Source: Felis catus
Lineage: Eukaryota
Length of the DNA stretch: 64,000 nucleotides
Direction: 5' to 3'
NCBI RefSeq assembly: GCF_018350175.1
Contig: NC_058373.1
Coordinates: forward strand, 104,968,001-105,032,000
Below, piece after piece: positions 9,809 to 22,432 of this stretch. Numbering within the stretch: position 1 is the stretch's first letter; each line of letters starts with the position of its first letter. The position numbers and the translations under genes are program-made. Below the pieces are notes generated by a model, which was not told where the DNA came from, made no database searches, and saw nothing but the letters and a program-made list of their open reading frames with translations.

Positions 9809-12199
9809 AAGACAAAAATATAGAAGCACTGTAAACAAGAATGTTCACAGTTGATGAAACTACGTCTTTGTACAACTTGAACTATGAAACATATGTAAAA
9901 GTAAAGAACACTCTGATCTATTCAAAGAGCTGCCCTTTTCTGAACAAATATTTTTCCCATTCAATGAAATCTTACTAAACATCCCAGACAATGTAGGGTG
10001 TGGCCTAAAAACTTGGTCGACATGATCCCATGCTTCTGGATAAAAACCTGAAAAAAACAGGCCATCATGAATGACTATTATTTAGAGGGATATGGACTAG
10101 AATGAGAAAAACAATTCCTGAATCCTAGCTTTCTTGCTACTAGAACTTGCTATGGGATATTGTGCAAATGGCCTCAGTTTTTCCTTTGATAAAATGAGGA
10201 GTTAAACAAAATAATCTTATAAATCCCTTCTACTTCCATGAATCCATTTTTATATTTTATCTATAGGGCATAGAATTAAAATGCAAATGTTTTCATGTTC
10301 CAACAACCATGCCATCAGGTAGGCAAGGCACTCTAATGACTGGATGGATGTTTCACATTTTATTTATATGTTCTAGAGTCATGCAGACTGAGAGGAGAAT
10401 TTTATAAACAAATCAGATTTGGGGAGTCAAACCATAGAGATTTAATATAGCCTCAATTGCCTTTCCCAAACAGAATATTCCTTTAAGGTTTTATTTCCAG
10501 CTAGATCTCGAGCTTTAGAATTTGTGCGAAGGGAATTCTGCCATTGCTCTCAAAGACTTTCCTTCTGTAATTAAGTGTCAGACACCTGCTTTCTAAATCC
10601 AACTACAGAAAAAATGGGGGTGAACTGCAAGCCTATTCTATGTCTGTGTATTGCAGCCATATGTTCCTTCTCCCCACTATTCAAAGCGATGCCCGAACTT
10701 TAAAAGAAGCAGAGGAGACAGCCTATAAGGATGACAGCAGGGAACATGCCTGCAACTCAGATAAATTGGTAAATGACCTTCAAGTTCTAGGCCTTTCTCC
10801 ATCTTTCAAAGCACAAGTTCAGACAGCCACTCCCATGAGTATGGTGTCCTCCACTGAGAGCTGCATGATGTTAGAGAATAAATAAGAAAAGGCTGACCGT
10901 TGTCAATGCAATGGCAATATTTCTAAAACTAAATAATCATCTGTGATCATCTATCACAGGCTGTAGGCCTTTTCTTTTTTTCCTCGACATGTACCCCCTC
11001 CCTGGCAAAGTGCCTGGCACAGAGGGGATGCTCAGTAAATATTGACTGAACAAACAGAGGAATGTCCAGAGCCTACTTTTCTGGGGAAGGAGAGGGTGGG
11101 GAAATTTAATTGCTAATTAGTACTCTGTGTCTTCATTATCTTAAATGAACTCACTTCAAGAACATTTAACATACAAAAGAATATTTCTCTAACTTTTCTT
11201 TCACACCATGGCTGCCCCTTCTTTCTACTATATCCATCCATGCACATTAATTCAGGTAAATAAACTCTAACCAAAATGCTGATAGTGGTATTGGCTTCTA
11301 ATAATAGCTTGAAAAGCATGCCTTTCAGAGCAAATCAGTAGCACTTTGTCTATCATTTGCTATCGGGGTATCCTCATGGCTCGGCAGTCCGCTGAACAAT
11401 TTACTGCATTTCTGCCACCAGTGGGCAGATAAGCTGTTCTGTCAACCATTGTCTTTGATCTTAAATAGATACAGTCCAGAACCTGTTTCTTTGTCAAGTC
11501 GAGGCACGGTCAAGTTACAAAGAAAAATGAAAGACAACATAAGAAAATACAGATTCAGCCGTCTTGCTAGATTCAATAACCAGGATTTTTTTAAACGCTT
11601 TTTCAACACCGTTTCCAACTGAAATGTCTACTGCTGATTTTGTGTGTTACCAACATGTAGACACAGAAGGGAACCAGCATGTTAAAACATTCTCATCACT
11701 GGCAAAGTTCCTTTTTGCCAAAGGAAATGAGTTCCATGGGTAGTATGTAAGGAACATGAGCACTGCCCTAAGAGTACTCAAGACACAGGAGGCCTATAGA
11801 GAATGCCAAAAAGCTGGTAACAATCTGCCTGATATTTTCCTTTTCTTGGGATAAACACAAATACCGTAAGTAGCTGGTATAGAGTTTGGGGAAGAAAGCT
11901 GCCTCATCTTAGATTTTCACTGTCCCCTGGAAGAAACTTGGATACCACCTCAAACGCACCGTCTTCTTCACCTAAACTTTGGTGTCATCCTGAACTCTTC
12001 TCTATAGTCTAGATTTCACAACTTCTGTGGATCCTTCCCCCATAATGTCTCTTGGAATTGGCCTTCTCATCACCTCACTGGACTGTTACTATTTTAATTG
12101 CCTTTCGACCGATGATCCTGTTCAAACTCTCTTCTCTCCAATCCATTTGATACAATCCAGCTGGCTTATTCTTAACAATAAAAATGACAATAACCAATC

Positions 12200-12385
12200 A
12201 AAAATGGCCACCATTTGGAGGCTGCTACATGCCAGGTGTTGTGAGTGCCTTATGTAAATTACCTTATTTAATCCTAACAACAACCTAATGAGATAGGCTC
12301 TATCATTATCTCCATTTTTTATTAGCTGAGAAAGCGACAGGTTTACAGAGGACAATTAACCTGCCTATGTGAGGATGCTAGTTTC
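12200..12385 (-). mobile_element. MIR (within L2 fragments about 11900-12880)
   Basis: TTTAATCCTAACAACAACCTAATGAGATAGG...ATTATCTCCATTTT MIR motif. Confidence 0.7.
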
Positions 12386-13198
12386 TGAACTTGTGAATTC
12401 TGTCAAACTTCATGTTGCCCCCTTTTGCCCAACGCATCCTTTAATGTCACGAAGTTTACAAGCGCCAAATTCCGTATCTATAAGACAACCCACACCACTA
12501 ACTCCCCTACAAACCATCACCAACCGAGTATATTGCCCTCTTACCTGCCATCCTCATTCCAGGTTCCTAAGTTTTGCTCACAGCACTGCACTAGCCAGAA
12601 CACTCCCTCCTTCCCTACCCAGGTATCTAAACCCTGGCCCCTTCCCCCCACATCCTGTTTACTAACTGCTGTCACAAAAATGCCTGGCCCAATCTCTTCC
12701 CATCCTTCTCCCAACTTCTCTGGCACAAATCATCACGTCCGTAAGTCTTGCCACCTCAAATGAGATTCGGTCCTTTGCATGCAAACACTAGTGTTTTAGC
12801 TTCCTTTGTCCGCCATATAATTACTAATAATGGTAGGCATGGAGAGGAGGTGTCCAATAAATATTTGCTGCAGTGAAGCGAACGTAAATAACTGTTTAAG
12901 AGTGTGAAAAAGAATGCTCAGAGTCTCCATTTTATACTGTAAGATTTTCAAAGAAATTGCATGGTATAACCATGTCTAAATGTGTATTTTGTTCAGACCT
13001 GGCCAATTCTGGCTACTTATTCCATGTATCATTTTAATAATAGTAATAATTACCTGTATTCTCACTTCTGCTATATTTTAGGTTTTCAGAGTTAATTTCA
13101 TTAAAAAAAAATAGATCAGCATTTACAAGTGACGAGTCTCAGAGCTTCAAGTCGACTTGCTTTCCAATTATCATCTCATCTTTTAAAAACCTGTTAGT

Positions 13199-13378
13199 GG
13201 GGTGTCTGGGTAGCTCAGTAGGTTAAGCGTCATACTCTTGGTTTTTCAGCTCAAGGTCATGATCTCATGGCTCGTGAGATGGAGCCTCACATCCAGCCCT
13301 GTCCACATCCAGCCCTGTGCTGACAACACGGAGCCTGCTTGGGATCCTCTCTCTCTGTCCCTCCCCCACTCGCTCTTG

Positions 13379-13411
<33 letters not shown>

Positions 13412-13460
13412 TTTCAAAATAAGTAAATAAACTTAAAAAATAAATTAAAAATAAAAATAA
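13199..13460 (+). mobile_element. CAN-SINE
   Basis: SINEC head, (CT)n(CA)n, A tail; internal 15-bp duplication CACATCCAGCCCTGT. Confidence 0.88.
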
Positions 13461-16149
13461 AAACCAATTAGTGATTCTTTGATTGATGAGGGGAAAAGGA
13501 AAACTCTGTCCCTTCTTTGTTTGTGTCTTAATTATCTTTCCATTTTGTACATCCCCTGATCCTCAATAATTAACTTGTCATTGTCTTACCTTTTTAATCC
13601 TTAAGGTTCTCTCGCCAATGCTATTTAATTTGTCTAAAGCCAAGCTTATCAAGATTCTGACCCTATTGACCCAGCTGTGGCACATGGCATCACGGTACCC
13701 CATTTCTGATTCACTGTGCTACTGACAACTGTCATTGGCCTAATATACTGGCTTTAAGATCATCGGGACCTCATCATCCTTCACTTTAAATTGAGTAGCT
13801 GGAATGACAGAGGATCCTTTCAGCAGCATGTTTGGCCACAGTGGAAGAAGGGAGAACAGAATAACTACAAAGAAAAGCCTGGTTCCCTAGGAGCAAAGCG
13901 GCATCCGTGCTGACAGGGAAGAGGATGAGTAAGCTGGGGTCAAGAAGGTTACACTGGCAACTACCAGTAAAGTGCTTTACCATCCCCGCAGACCACAACT
14001 AGGTTATACATACTGAGCCCAAGAGCTTTGTTCTCTCCACAATGCAGCACTGCAGACCAATGAAGATGTCAGTGCCTGTGGCCCCTAGTGCATCATCCTA
14101 TCCCTGGGAAAAGAAGCTGAACTGAAGATTTAAATACTGGCCTCAAGTTCCAGCTCTACCTTGGGCAAATCACTGAAACTCAGCTGCCTTGTTGCAAGAT
14201 GGAGGTAACAATGCTCATTCTGTTTTCTTCAAAGGGTGGACAAGAGACAAAACATGATAACAGACATGAAAACAGTTTGAAGAAAAAGTTTTAAGTATCA
14301 TTCAATTTAAGACATATTAGTGTGATATTGGCATACGATCCCCTCAAACTACCGAAATGTGAGCAATGTGAAACATCCATAGTGTCTTTTTTCCCTGTAG
14401 ATATTTCCATGGAGCTTCCTCCTTCGGCTTTTCACGTAGACAAAGTGACCTGGGAATTGCCTGATGGTTGCAGAATCCTATCCTAATCCATCTTGGTCAA
14501 CAAGCTCTTCTCCATCCATCATACAATTCTCTTCCATGACCCGATTTGACATGGAGAAAGTAAACCCGATTTTACTGGAGAAAGTAATCCCCAGGTAGAC
14601 ATTTCAAGGAATAAACATAATATCTCACATTTCAAGCTGAAACTTGATTCAGATACTTTTCTTACAATCACCCGTAAACACAATATGGGAAAAACAGGAT
14701 TGACCACACATCTTAATTACAGAATGAGTTTTCATTCTACAGAGATTAAACCCAGCTTCCTTATGTAAGGAAAAAAAATTCAACGAACAAAAAATTCAAT
14801 TCCATACACAACTTTTCAGGCAAATATCTGCTAAATAAAGAATAAGTACACCTTTGGTTCAAAAGTGGAAATTTTCTATAACAGGTAAGCCTATCTTCCC
14901 AGTTTGGTTCTATCTATGCATTAACCCATTTCTGTAATAGCAAATTATGATATTAAAAAGTCTAGCAGGAAACACCAGAATATAAGATAAGGAGCCTCCT
15001 ATGAAAACAAAGACAAATCCACGTTTCCCTAATTGGCTCTGTTGCCGTAGCTACCTTAGACTTGGTGAGTCTTGGGAATTTTGTGAATAAACACAATCAA
15101 TATCAAGTCAGCTGTATAAGTGCTTGGTTCATTATTATGACAAACCCAACAGCTCTACCTTAGGCATATGTGTAAGTCAGATCACTCTTAAATCACTACT
15201 GTGTGTAAAAGCAGCAATGCTGTGCTACTGTGAAATCTAACCCCAGTTGTGAGTTTCTTTCAATAGATGCTGCAGAGGGGTTCTGCCGGCAAGTGAGCAG
15301 AAATCAATGACTTTAAATAAACTTGGCTTCAATAATACTCCTTAGAGTCCAACAGCATCATGTGTGATCAAGGAAATACACTAAAAAGAAGGGGAGGCAG
15401 GCAAATTCTCACCACACATGTTGCTTCCTAGAGAAGTCCTTCAGAGCTCTATGGATGGTTTTGTGAACCACTCCTGCTCCCCCTTAAGTTTGGAACTAAA
15501 ACTTCCAGAGAAAGAATGCAGACACTTTAAAGCATCCTGTCTTCTCTCCTCTGCACAGAAATTAGGTGCTAAGATCCCGACAGGTCCTTGGGCTCGGCTC
15601 GGGAAGGCAAAGATTTCTCATCTTTGAGAACTCCAAACTCTTGAGAGTCCTATATTTTGTTCACCCCGGCTACCTTCAGCCAGCTCATCAGCCATGGCTT
15701 ACATATTTGGAATCTACACAGGTCGGGTTCTGTCCGTGACCAGGAGGCACATTTGATATCCAGGCACCTCCAGGCAACACCTCCCAGCCATTCCGTGGTC
15801 TCAGGCAGAGCCTGACCTCCTCCGTGTCTATCCCACAAGCCCTCTTTCCAATTAAGCGACCTTTCCAAGCAGCATCCTCCTGCCGTGTCCTGGAGGACCG
15901 GTCAGGGTCTGAGCAAGGAGGTTCCGTGACATTTCTGCACTAAACACTCAACTGTTGGTCTTCTGCAAAGTAGCAGAACACATTTCAGTGGCCACCGCAG
16001 CCCCCTTTCGCTCCTCGGCTGCTGGACACTGATTGGCATCGGGGACACAGCGATCGATGCTCTCTGAAAGGAGCCGATCAGAGTCTTCAGGAACTTCTCT
16101 ACCACCGCCGAGAGACTGGGAGGGGAGGGAGAGAAGAAAGAAAAGCCCA

Positions 16150-16920
16150 CACAAAAGCAGCCAGCCCTGCAAGCCCCGCCAGCACAAAGGCCCGCGCGCT
16201 GGTGCGGAGCCGGGAGGCTGGGCTGGAGCGAGGAGTGCGGCGAGTCCTCCGAGGCCTGCGCGCCGCGCCCAGCGCGCCCCGAGCTGCCCCCCGCGCACCC
16301 CGCGTCGGGGCACAGCGTTCCGGTGGGGGCTCTGGGCGCACGCCTGGAGCGCCCCGGGCTGCCGCGCTCCTCGGACCGCAGCGCTCCCGGGGCGACCCCG
16401 CGCCGCCCCGGGCTCCGGCTCCGTCTCTGCGCGGAGCCCCGTCTGCAGGCGCGGCCGCCCGAGCGGCAGAAGCCGGGCCCGTGCTCACCTGTGCGCCTTC
16501 AGCCGAGCAGCGCGCGGAGGAGAGCGGCGGCGCCCGCGCTGGGCATCCCCGGCGCGGCCCCTGCAGCTGCGGCGGCTCCCTCAGCCGTCTGGGACGCCAG
16601 GAGGAGGACGCTTCGCTTTGTTGCTTATTCATGAGGCCGCGACGAGGGCTGGGGATTGGGCGGCGGGGAGATGTGCTCGCCCCGCCTCCGCTGGCACCGA
16701 CACCCTATGCCGACGCCTCACGCCCCTAGGCGCGCACGTCCCGGCCTCGGCTCTCGCGGTCCGAGCCGAGTGGCCGGGCTGGGTCCCGCTCTGGTCCGGG
16801 CTCCTGGGACCCCTCCGGAGCGCCCCCCCCCCCCAGTCCTGCTGTCCCTCTTCGAAGCCTGGCCTTCTGTGGCAGCAGTTCCTCGGTGCCTTCGGCCAGG
16901 GTACTGTTTTCGCTGGAAGA
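16150..16920. promoter_or_regulatory. ARMH4: ARMH4 promoter CpG island
   Basis: Very GC/CpG-rich block; on the minus strand a GC box (16658-16663) and CCAAT box (16655-16659) precede the first exon. Confidence 0.9.
16489..16610 (-). other. ARMH4: ARMH4 exon 1 (5' leader; TSS position approximate)
   Basis: Strong donor CAG|GTGAGC (GT at 16488-16487) within the CpG island; the 5' end is inferred from promoter motifs. Confidence 0.75.
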
Positions 16921-18608
16921 GCCGAATTTCTCTGGTCCTTGGAGAGGGCAAAGGGTGCACGTCGGAGGCTGCAGGATATTCCTGGTGTGAACTGTGCGGC
17001 TTAGGAGTGCCTCTCAGTAGGCTCTTGTAAAGTAGTCCCAAACAAAGTGTTCCCTTCTCAGAGAAGTTAACAGCAAGCGCCGACTAAGAAGTATGCTTTA
17101 TTGAGCCCTTAGTCCTGACGAGATCAACGCTAGGTGCTTCACTCAGTACCTGCTCCATCTATTCAGTAACCCTGAAAGAAATAATGATAATCCCCATTTA
17201 ACAGGGAAGAAAGCCGGGGCTGAAGGTAAGTTGCCAAAGGTCTTGTGGCCACCAGGAATTCATGACCTCCATCCTTGAATCTGTCAACGACTCAGTTTAC
17301 TTCAGTTAACCCTCATTAGGGGTAAAAAAGAGAGGTCAGGAATCCAAAGGCCTTTTCTAGAACAACCCCCACAGAACCTGACATTTGCAAAAACACTTTT
17401 CACATACGTTATCTCTTGTATTTATTCATTCCCTTCTTTATAATAGTGGTCTTAGTCCTGTTTTGTACTATTTGTAAACACCTTCAAGACAGAGCAAGGT
17501 CTTGTTTACCTTTGACCCCACACACCTAACACAATAGTGAAATATGCACTGTTACCTTACCCATTCCACCTCTCTCTAGAAGAGATTATCTTTGCATTTC
17601 CAGAAGAGTTGTCAACAGTTGTTGAATGTAACGTAATGTAATGTAATTGAGTTGAATTGAATTGAATACATAAGATCTGGTTTTTTATGTATATTCAGTG
17701 TGATACAATATAATACATTATACTGTGGCCAGTCCTTCTACCTGAATTCAATACCCACCAGGTGGATAAGCCATACCCAGCCTGACCAAGTTGTGTTCCA
17801 ACATTCTGTTTTTATTTCAGTTGTTTGAAATGTGTACCACATCTCGTAAAAACGATGTTATAGAGTATGGTGAGATTCCCAACTAGACCACAAAATTGGG
17901 TCTACTTGACCCAAATGCATATAAAGAATAGTACTAATAAATAACAACCTGATCAGTCAGGTTGGACCAGAGTACCAACAGAACGGAAGACAACAGAAGA
18001 AAGGGATTCCAGCTCCCCAGGCATCTAGGGCCAGCCTTATACATATACGTGAAATAGTCAAACATTCTTAGACTTCTTCCTGCCTTCTGCTCTGCATCCC
18101 TAACATCCTAATGTTCTCCTTTGAGACCAATAATACTCTTAGTCCCAGCTACAAAGCTCCACTCCCCAGATCTGCCTTACACTCAAAGTTTTCCCTTCTC
18201 TAAAATCACCCTTCTCCCCTAGTAGAATTCTTATTTCCCTTTTCCTCAATATAATCATTCAGCTATACGGTAAAAGTGATCTTATTGGAACTCATTTATA
18301 CTAGTCCTTTACCCTTTCCCCAATGGTGTATATTGCTTTAAACAACTCTAATTAATGCAATTTGTCCCAACAGCTGCTGTTGGTACATGGCAATGATAAT
18401 AAGACCCACTCTTCCACCCCAGCACACACACAAATTGTAAATCAGGGAAGGTTGTACTCTAAAAGTCAAATCAATAAATCCACTCATAATGAATGTTATT
18501 AGCCTTTCATGAGTAAAGAAAGAAATGGTATGTGTGTGTTAAGAAAATTTGGGAACACCCAAAACTCCAATCAAAGTAATAAGAAAGGAAGCTCAGGAAT
18601 GAAGTTTT

Positions 18609-18738
18609 GGGGTTCCCCAATTTAGTAAATAAAAATAGAGAATGTCTGCTCAGTTTGGGAACATATTTATACTAAAAAATATTATTTGCCTGAAATTCAA
18701 GTTTAACTGAGCATTCTGTATTTTATCTGATAAATTTT
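18609..18738. mobile_element. MER53-like hAT MITE (internally deleted)
   Basis: GGGTTCCCCAATTTAGTAAATAAAAATA ... CTGAAATTCAAGTTTAACTGAGCATTCTGTATTTTATCTG palindromic arms. Confidence 0.65.
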
Positions 18739-19776
18739 GCAGTATTAGATGATTACTTGGTCCTGGTTGGTAAAAATCTTTGTGTCAGAAAGGAAGGAAT
18801 TGATCGCATGTAGCAAACAACTGGATAACCAACCCCAGGCATGGACAATGTCCATTCACACCCCATCCAGAAAAGAGAGTCTTGGCGATGCAGACTCGAG
18901 CATTATGGTGTCTCTGGTGAGGCTGTCACCAAATTGGGTAGAAATGCTTCACAGTATATTAACGAATTCTCTTTACTCTGATTCCCAAGTACCAATTAAC
19001 TATCTGACAGCTTGATTTCCATGTACAATGCCCACAAGGCACTGCTGAAATAAATATATGTGAGCTGGATTATGTGTGTTTGTAACAAATCCACTTTCAA
19101 TGCCCACAAAAATTGGGTTTCTGGTCTTGCAGAATAGAAAAGGAGACCCCAGGTGGGACTGACGTCAACGAGATAAGTGCCACTTAAGGCTCTCATAAGG
19201 GCTCTTGAAACCCAGCTGGCAGGACTTCCCCAGACTGCACCACTGCTTCCTGAGGATGTTTTCAGTTTTAGTTTGTTTGAAATTGCATTTGAAATTACAC
19301 CAGTGACAAGCATTTGAGGCAATAGGACAAAGTGAAATGAAAGAAGCGTCTGAGGAAAAATCTTCCTGGAAGGCTGAGTTTACCTGGAACCCCCTTAAAA
19401 CTATGCCCGTCTTTCTCTGTGTCTTTCTCTCCCTTTATTTTTGAACTCCCCGAAACTCCTTTCTTGGATGTTTTGTTCTTATAGGTTGCCAAGGCACCCA
19501 ACAAAGAGGTCCAGCCATGGAAGGAGAAGGACAGGAGCTGCTATGCAAAGTAGGAGTCATTTGCAAATTGGACATTTAAGTCTACAGAAGATAAAGATAG
19601 TCTTTCCTTTCTGACCTTCCTAAAAGTTTATAAACACAAGTTTTCCAGCATCTCCCACCCAATGTTCTCTGTTCAGGCTACTCCCTGACCCTAATTGTGT
19701 TGAGGACTTCCTGGTTGCTTTCAATTTCTTAAGCTGAAATTCCCAGGAGTAGACTTGGGTATAAAATAGTATTGCT

Positions 19777-19996
19777 GGGGCGCCTGGGTGGCGCAGTCGG
19801 TTAAGCGTCCCGACTTCAGCCAGGTCACGATCTCACGGTCCGGGAGTTCGAGCCCCGCATCAGGCTCTGGGCTGATGGCTCGGAGCCTGGAGACTGTTTC
19901 TGATTCTGTCTCCCTCTCTCTCTGCCCCTCCCCCGTTCATGCTCTGTCTCTCTCTGTCCCAAAAATAAATAAAAAACGTTGAAAAAAAATTAAAAA
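19777..19996 (+). mobile_element. Young feline SINEC_Fc-type SINE
   Basis: GTGGCGCAGTCGG...TTCAGCCAGGTCACG variant head; perfect TSD AAAATAGTATTGCT. Confidence 0.93.
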
Positions 19997-21199
19997 AAAA
20001 TAGTATTGCTAAGAATACTCTACTTACCCTGGGTATTCAATAAATATTTGATGGTTATAGTGATGATGATGTAAATAATGATAATGATGTTAGAATCTGT
20101 TTTATTAATTCTGATAGATGTTTTTATTGCATCCAAAATCCTCAGAACACTTGACATGACCTACTTCGGTGCTAATGAGCTTAGATTTTTAACTCCTACT
20201 AAATTATGTCTTTAGTATGCAGTTTATTAGAAAGACTGGTAAGTAGACTAAATCCAATAAGAAAATGGTTGTCCTTAAAGCAAGCTTTGGAACAGCTGTC
20301 ATTGCTTTTAACTGTTAACAGCCCACTATATTTACCTATTTTTATTACTTACGTCTTATTTTGCAAACACCCAGATGAATCCTCTTGCCTCTCGACTCTG
20401 CCCAAGAAACGTTTTCATTATAGAAGCAGGATATTACATGCTTTACAATCCCTTCTTTTTCAAATCTTTTATTTTCTACATTCTCTTATTAAGTGTTAGA
20501 GTTCTTTAGGCCCTGAACTTTCTGATTCAATTCTAACAAACGAAATTTTGTCTGTTGCCTTGAAAAACATGATGAGAGAGGAAAGGACTACTAATGCAGG
20601 TACAAAAACAAAATTGCTAACAGCACAGCCATTTAAACAGCAACTTTTTAGATAAAGTCAAGGGTGAAAACATTTACAAGAAAGAAATCTCATCCCTTTT
20701 TTTTTTCGCAGTCATAAATAATGTCCTTATGAGACTGTAAAAATTATTTGAAAGAGATTTGAACATCAGAGGTCTAATATCTCCTATGGAATATATCCTT
20801 TAATCCTAAATGAATTGGCCATTGTAAATAACTGTATTCAAAGTGACATTTATAACTTATGGATTGCCTTTCACTATGTCAGACAAAAGAATCATCTCCA
20901 TCCTTGTCTCTTTTTTTGTATGCCTAATGGTAAAGAAATCGATGATTTTAATAGATTCCTTATCTTAAATAATGGGCATGAGATATTTATTATCGACTTA
21001 ATGGTATACATTATCTACCGCCTATGTTGCAAAGAAAGATTGTTTACTCTTCTCTGCATCTGCTAAGGATAGAATTAAAGAAAATGGCTTTACTAGAAAT
21101 GGCAAAGCTCAGGCCCAAAGAAGCATTCTTATCAGAGAAAGTTCTTAGAGACTGGAATAGCTTAGTGAAAGAGGTTGTATATTCTCTGTTGTTCTAGGT

Positions 21200-21226
21200 T
21201 TCTCTTTTTTTTTCTTTCTCTCTTTC

Positions 21227-21257
<31 letters not shown>

Positions 21258-21419
21258 GAGAGAGCAAGCACACACAAGTGGGAGAGAAGGGCTGGGGGTG
21301 GGCGTAGAGAATCTTAAGAAGGCTCCACATTCAGCATGGAGGGCGACACAGGATCCCATGACCCTGGGATTATGACCTGAGCCAAAATCAACAGACACTC
21401 GACCTACTGAGCCACCCCA
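21200..21419 (-). mobile_element. CAN-SINE (older type)
   Basis: Poly-T tail; CTACTGAGCCACCCC head in reverse. Confidence 0.85.
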
Positions 21420-22212
21420 TGTGCTAGGTTTTTAAAAAGGTTTAATTTCATTCTAGCGAGGGTTTCTGTTGGACCACCATTTGCTCACTCAACGAAGAAA
21501 TTACGGGAATGGTTGTAAATGTGGGGAAACTACCAAATATATTTACCGCGGCTAACTGCACTATTGCTTATTATCTGCCTTCCAACAAATGTTGCTTATT
21601 TTACTTTTTGAAAATATGCTGCAGGTATTAACGTCACATTCAAAATACACAAAAGTAAGTTCCATCTGCAGCACCTGGCAGCAAAGCAGAGAACAGGATA
21701 CTCTCAATAGAGTACCAATGCCATTACAATGAAGATATACTGGAGGCTCAAATCCCGAATAATACCAACAATCTGAACGACAGTTTACCAGAGTTTTCAT
21801 ATGGCATGGACATCGTTGCCAAAAAAAGAAGGAAAAAAAAAAAAAAGACTTTCCTTCACCGTAGCACTCATCCTCCTGCTAAATTCCCTGTCTCTGTACA
21901 TTTTGGCTGATTCTTCTGGCCAAACTGTCTTAGATGACAACAGAATTGAGTTTGTGTTTCATAGTCATTAAGTAATAAGCAGCGAATCCTTTAATGTGGG
22001 CTGTGGCTTTATTTTGGCACAGAGTTTAGTTCCGTGATTAATCAGTCAACACGTGTTTTTGTTTTGTGGAAAGTATGTGGTATAGGTGGAGATACATAAC
22101 TGAACTCAACTCTTTAGACATCCTAAATCTCCCATAAATATTACACATGCTATACACATAGTGTAACATTGCCCGATACACCTCTTTCACAATCTAAAAG
22201 TAGTACTCATTT

Positions 22213-22432
22213 GGGGGCACCTGGGTGGCTTAGTCAGTTAAGCATCTGACGCTTGGTTTCAGCTCAGGTCATAAACTCACATGGGTTCGTGGGTTCAAGC
22301 CCCACGTCAGGATCTGTGCTGGCAGTGCAGAGCCTGCTTGGGATTCTAGCTCTCTCCCTCTCTCTCTGCCTCCCCCCCCCCACCACTTGTGCTGTCTCTG
22401 TCACTTTCAAAATAAATAAACTTTTTTTTTAA
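22213..22432 (+). mobile_element. CAN-SINE
   Basis: SINEC; TSD AAAGTAGTACTCATTT. Confidence 0.92.

Noticed and set aside
14539..14587. Two-copy 24-25 bp tandem duplication ACCCGATTT..TGGAGAAAGTAA
   Set aside because: Simple local duplication with no motif or structure suggesting function
15902..17041. Overlapping long ORFs (up to 323 aa) on both strands
   Set aside because: Arg/Pro/Ala/Gly-rich products of a stop-poor CpG island, with no recognisable domain
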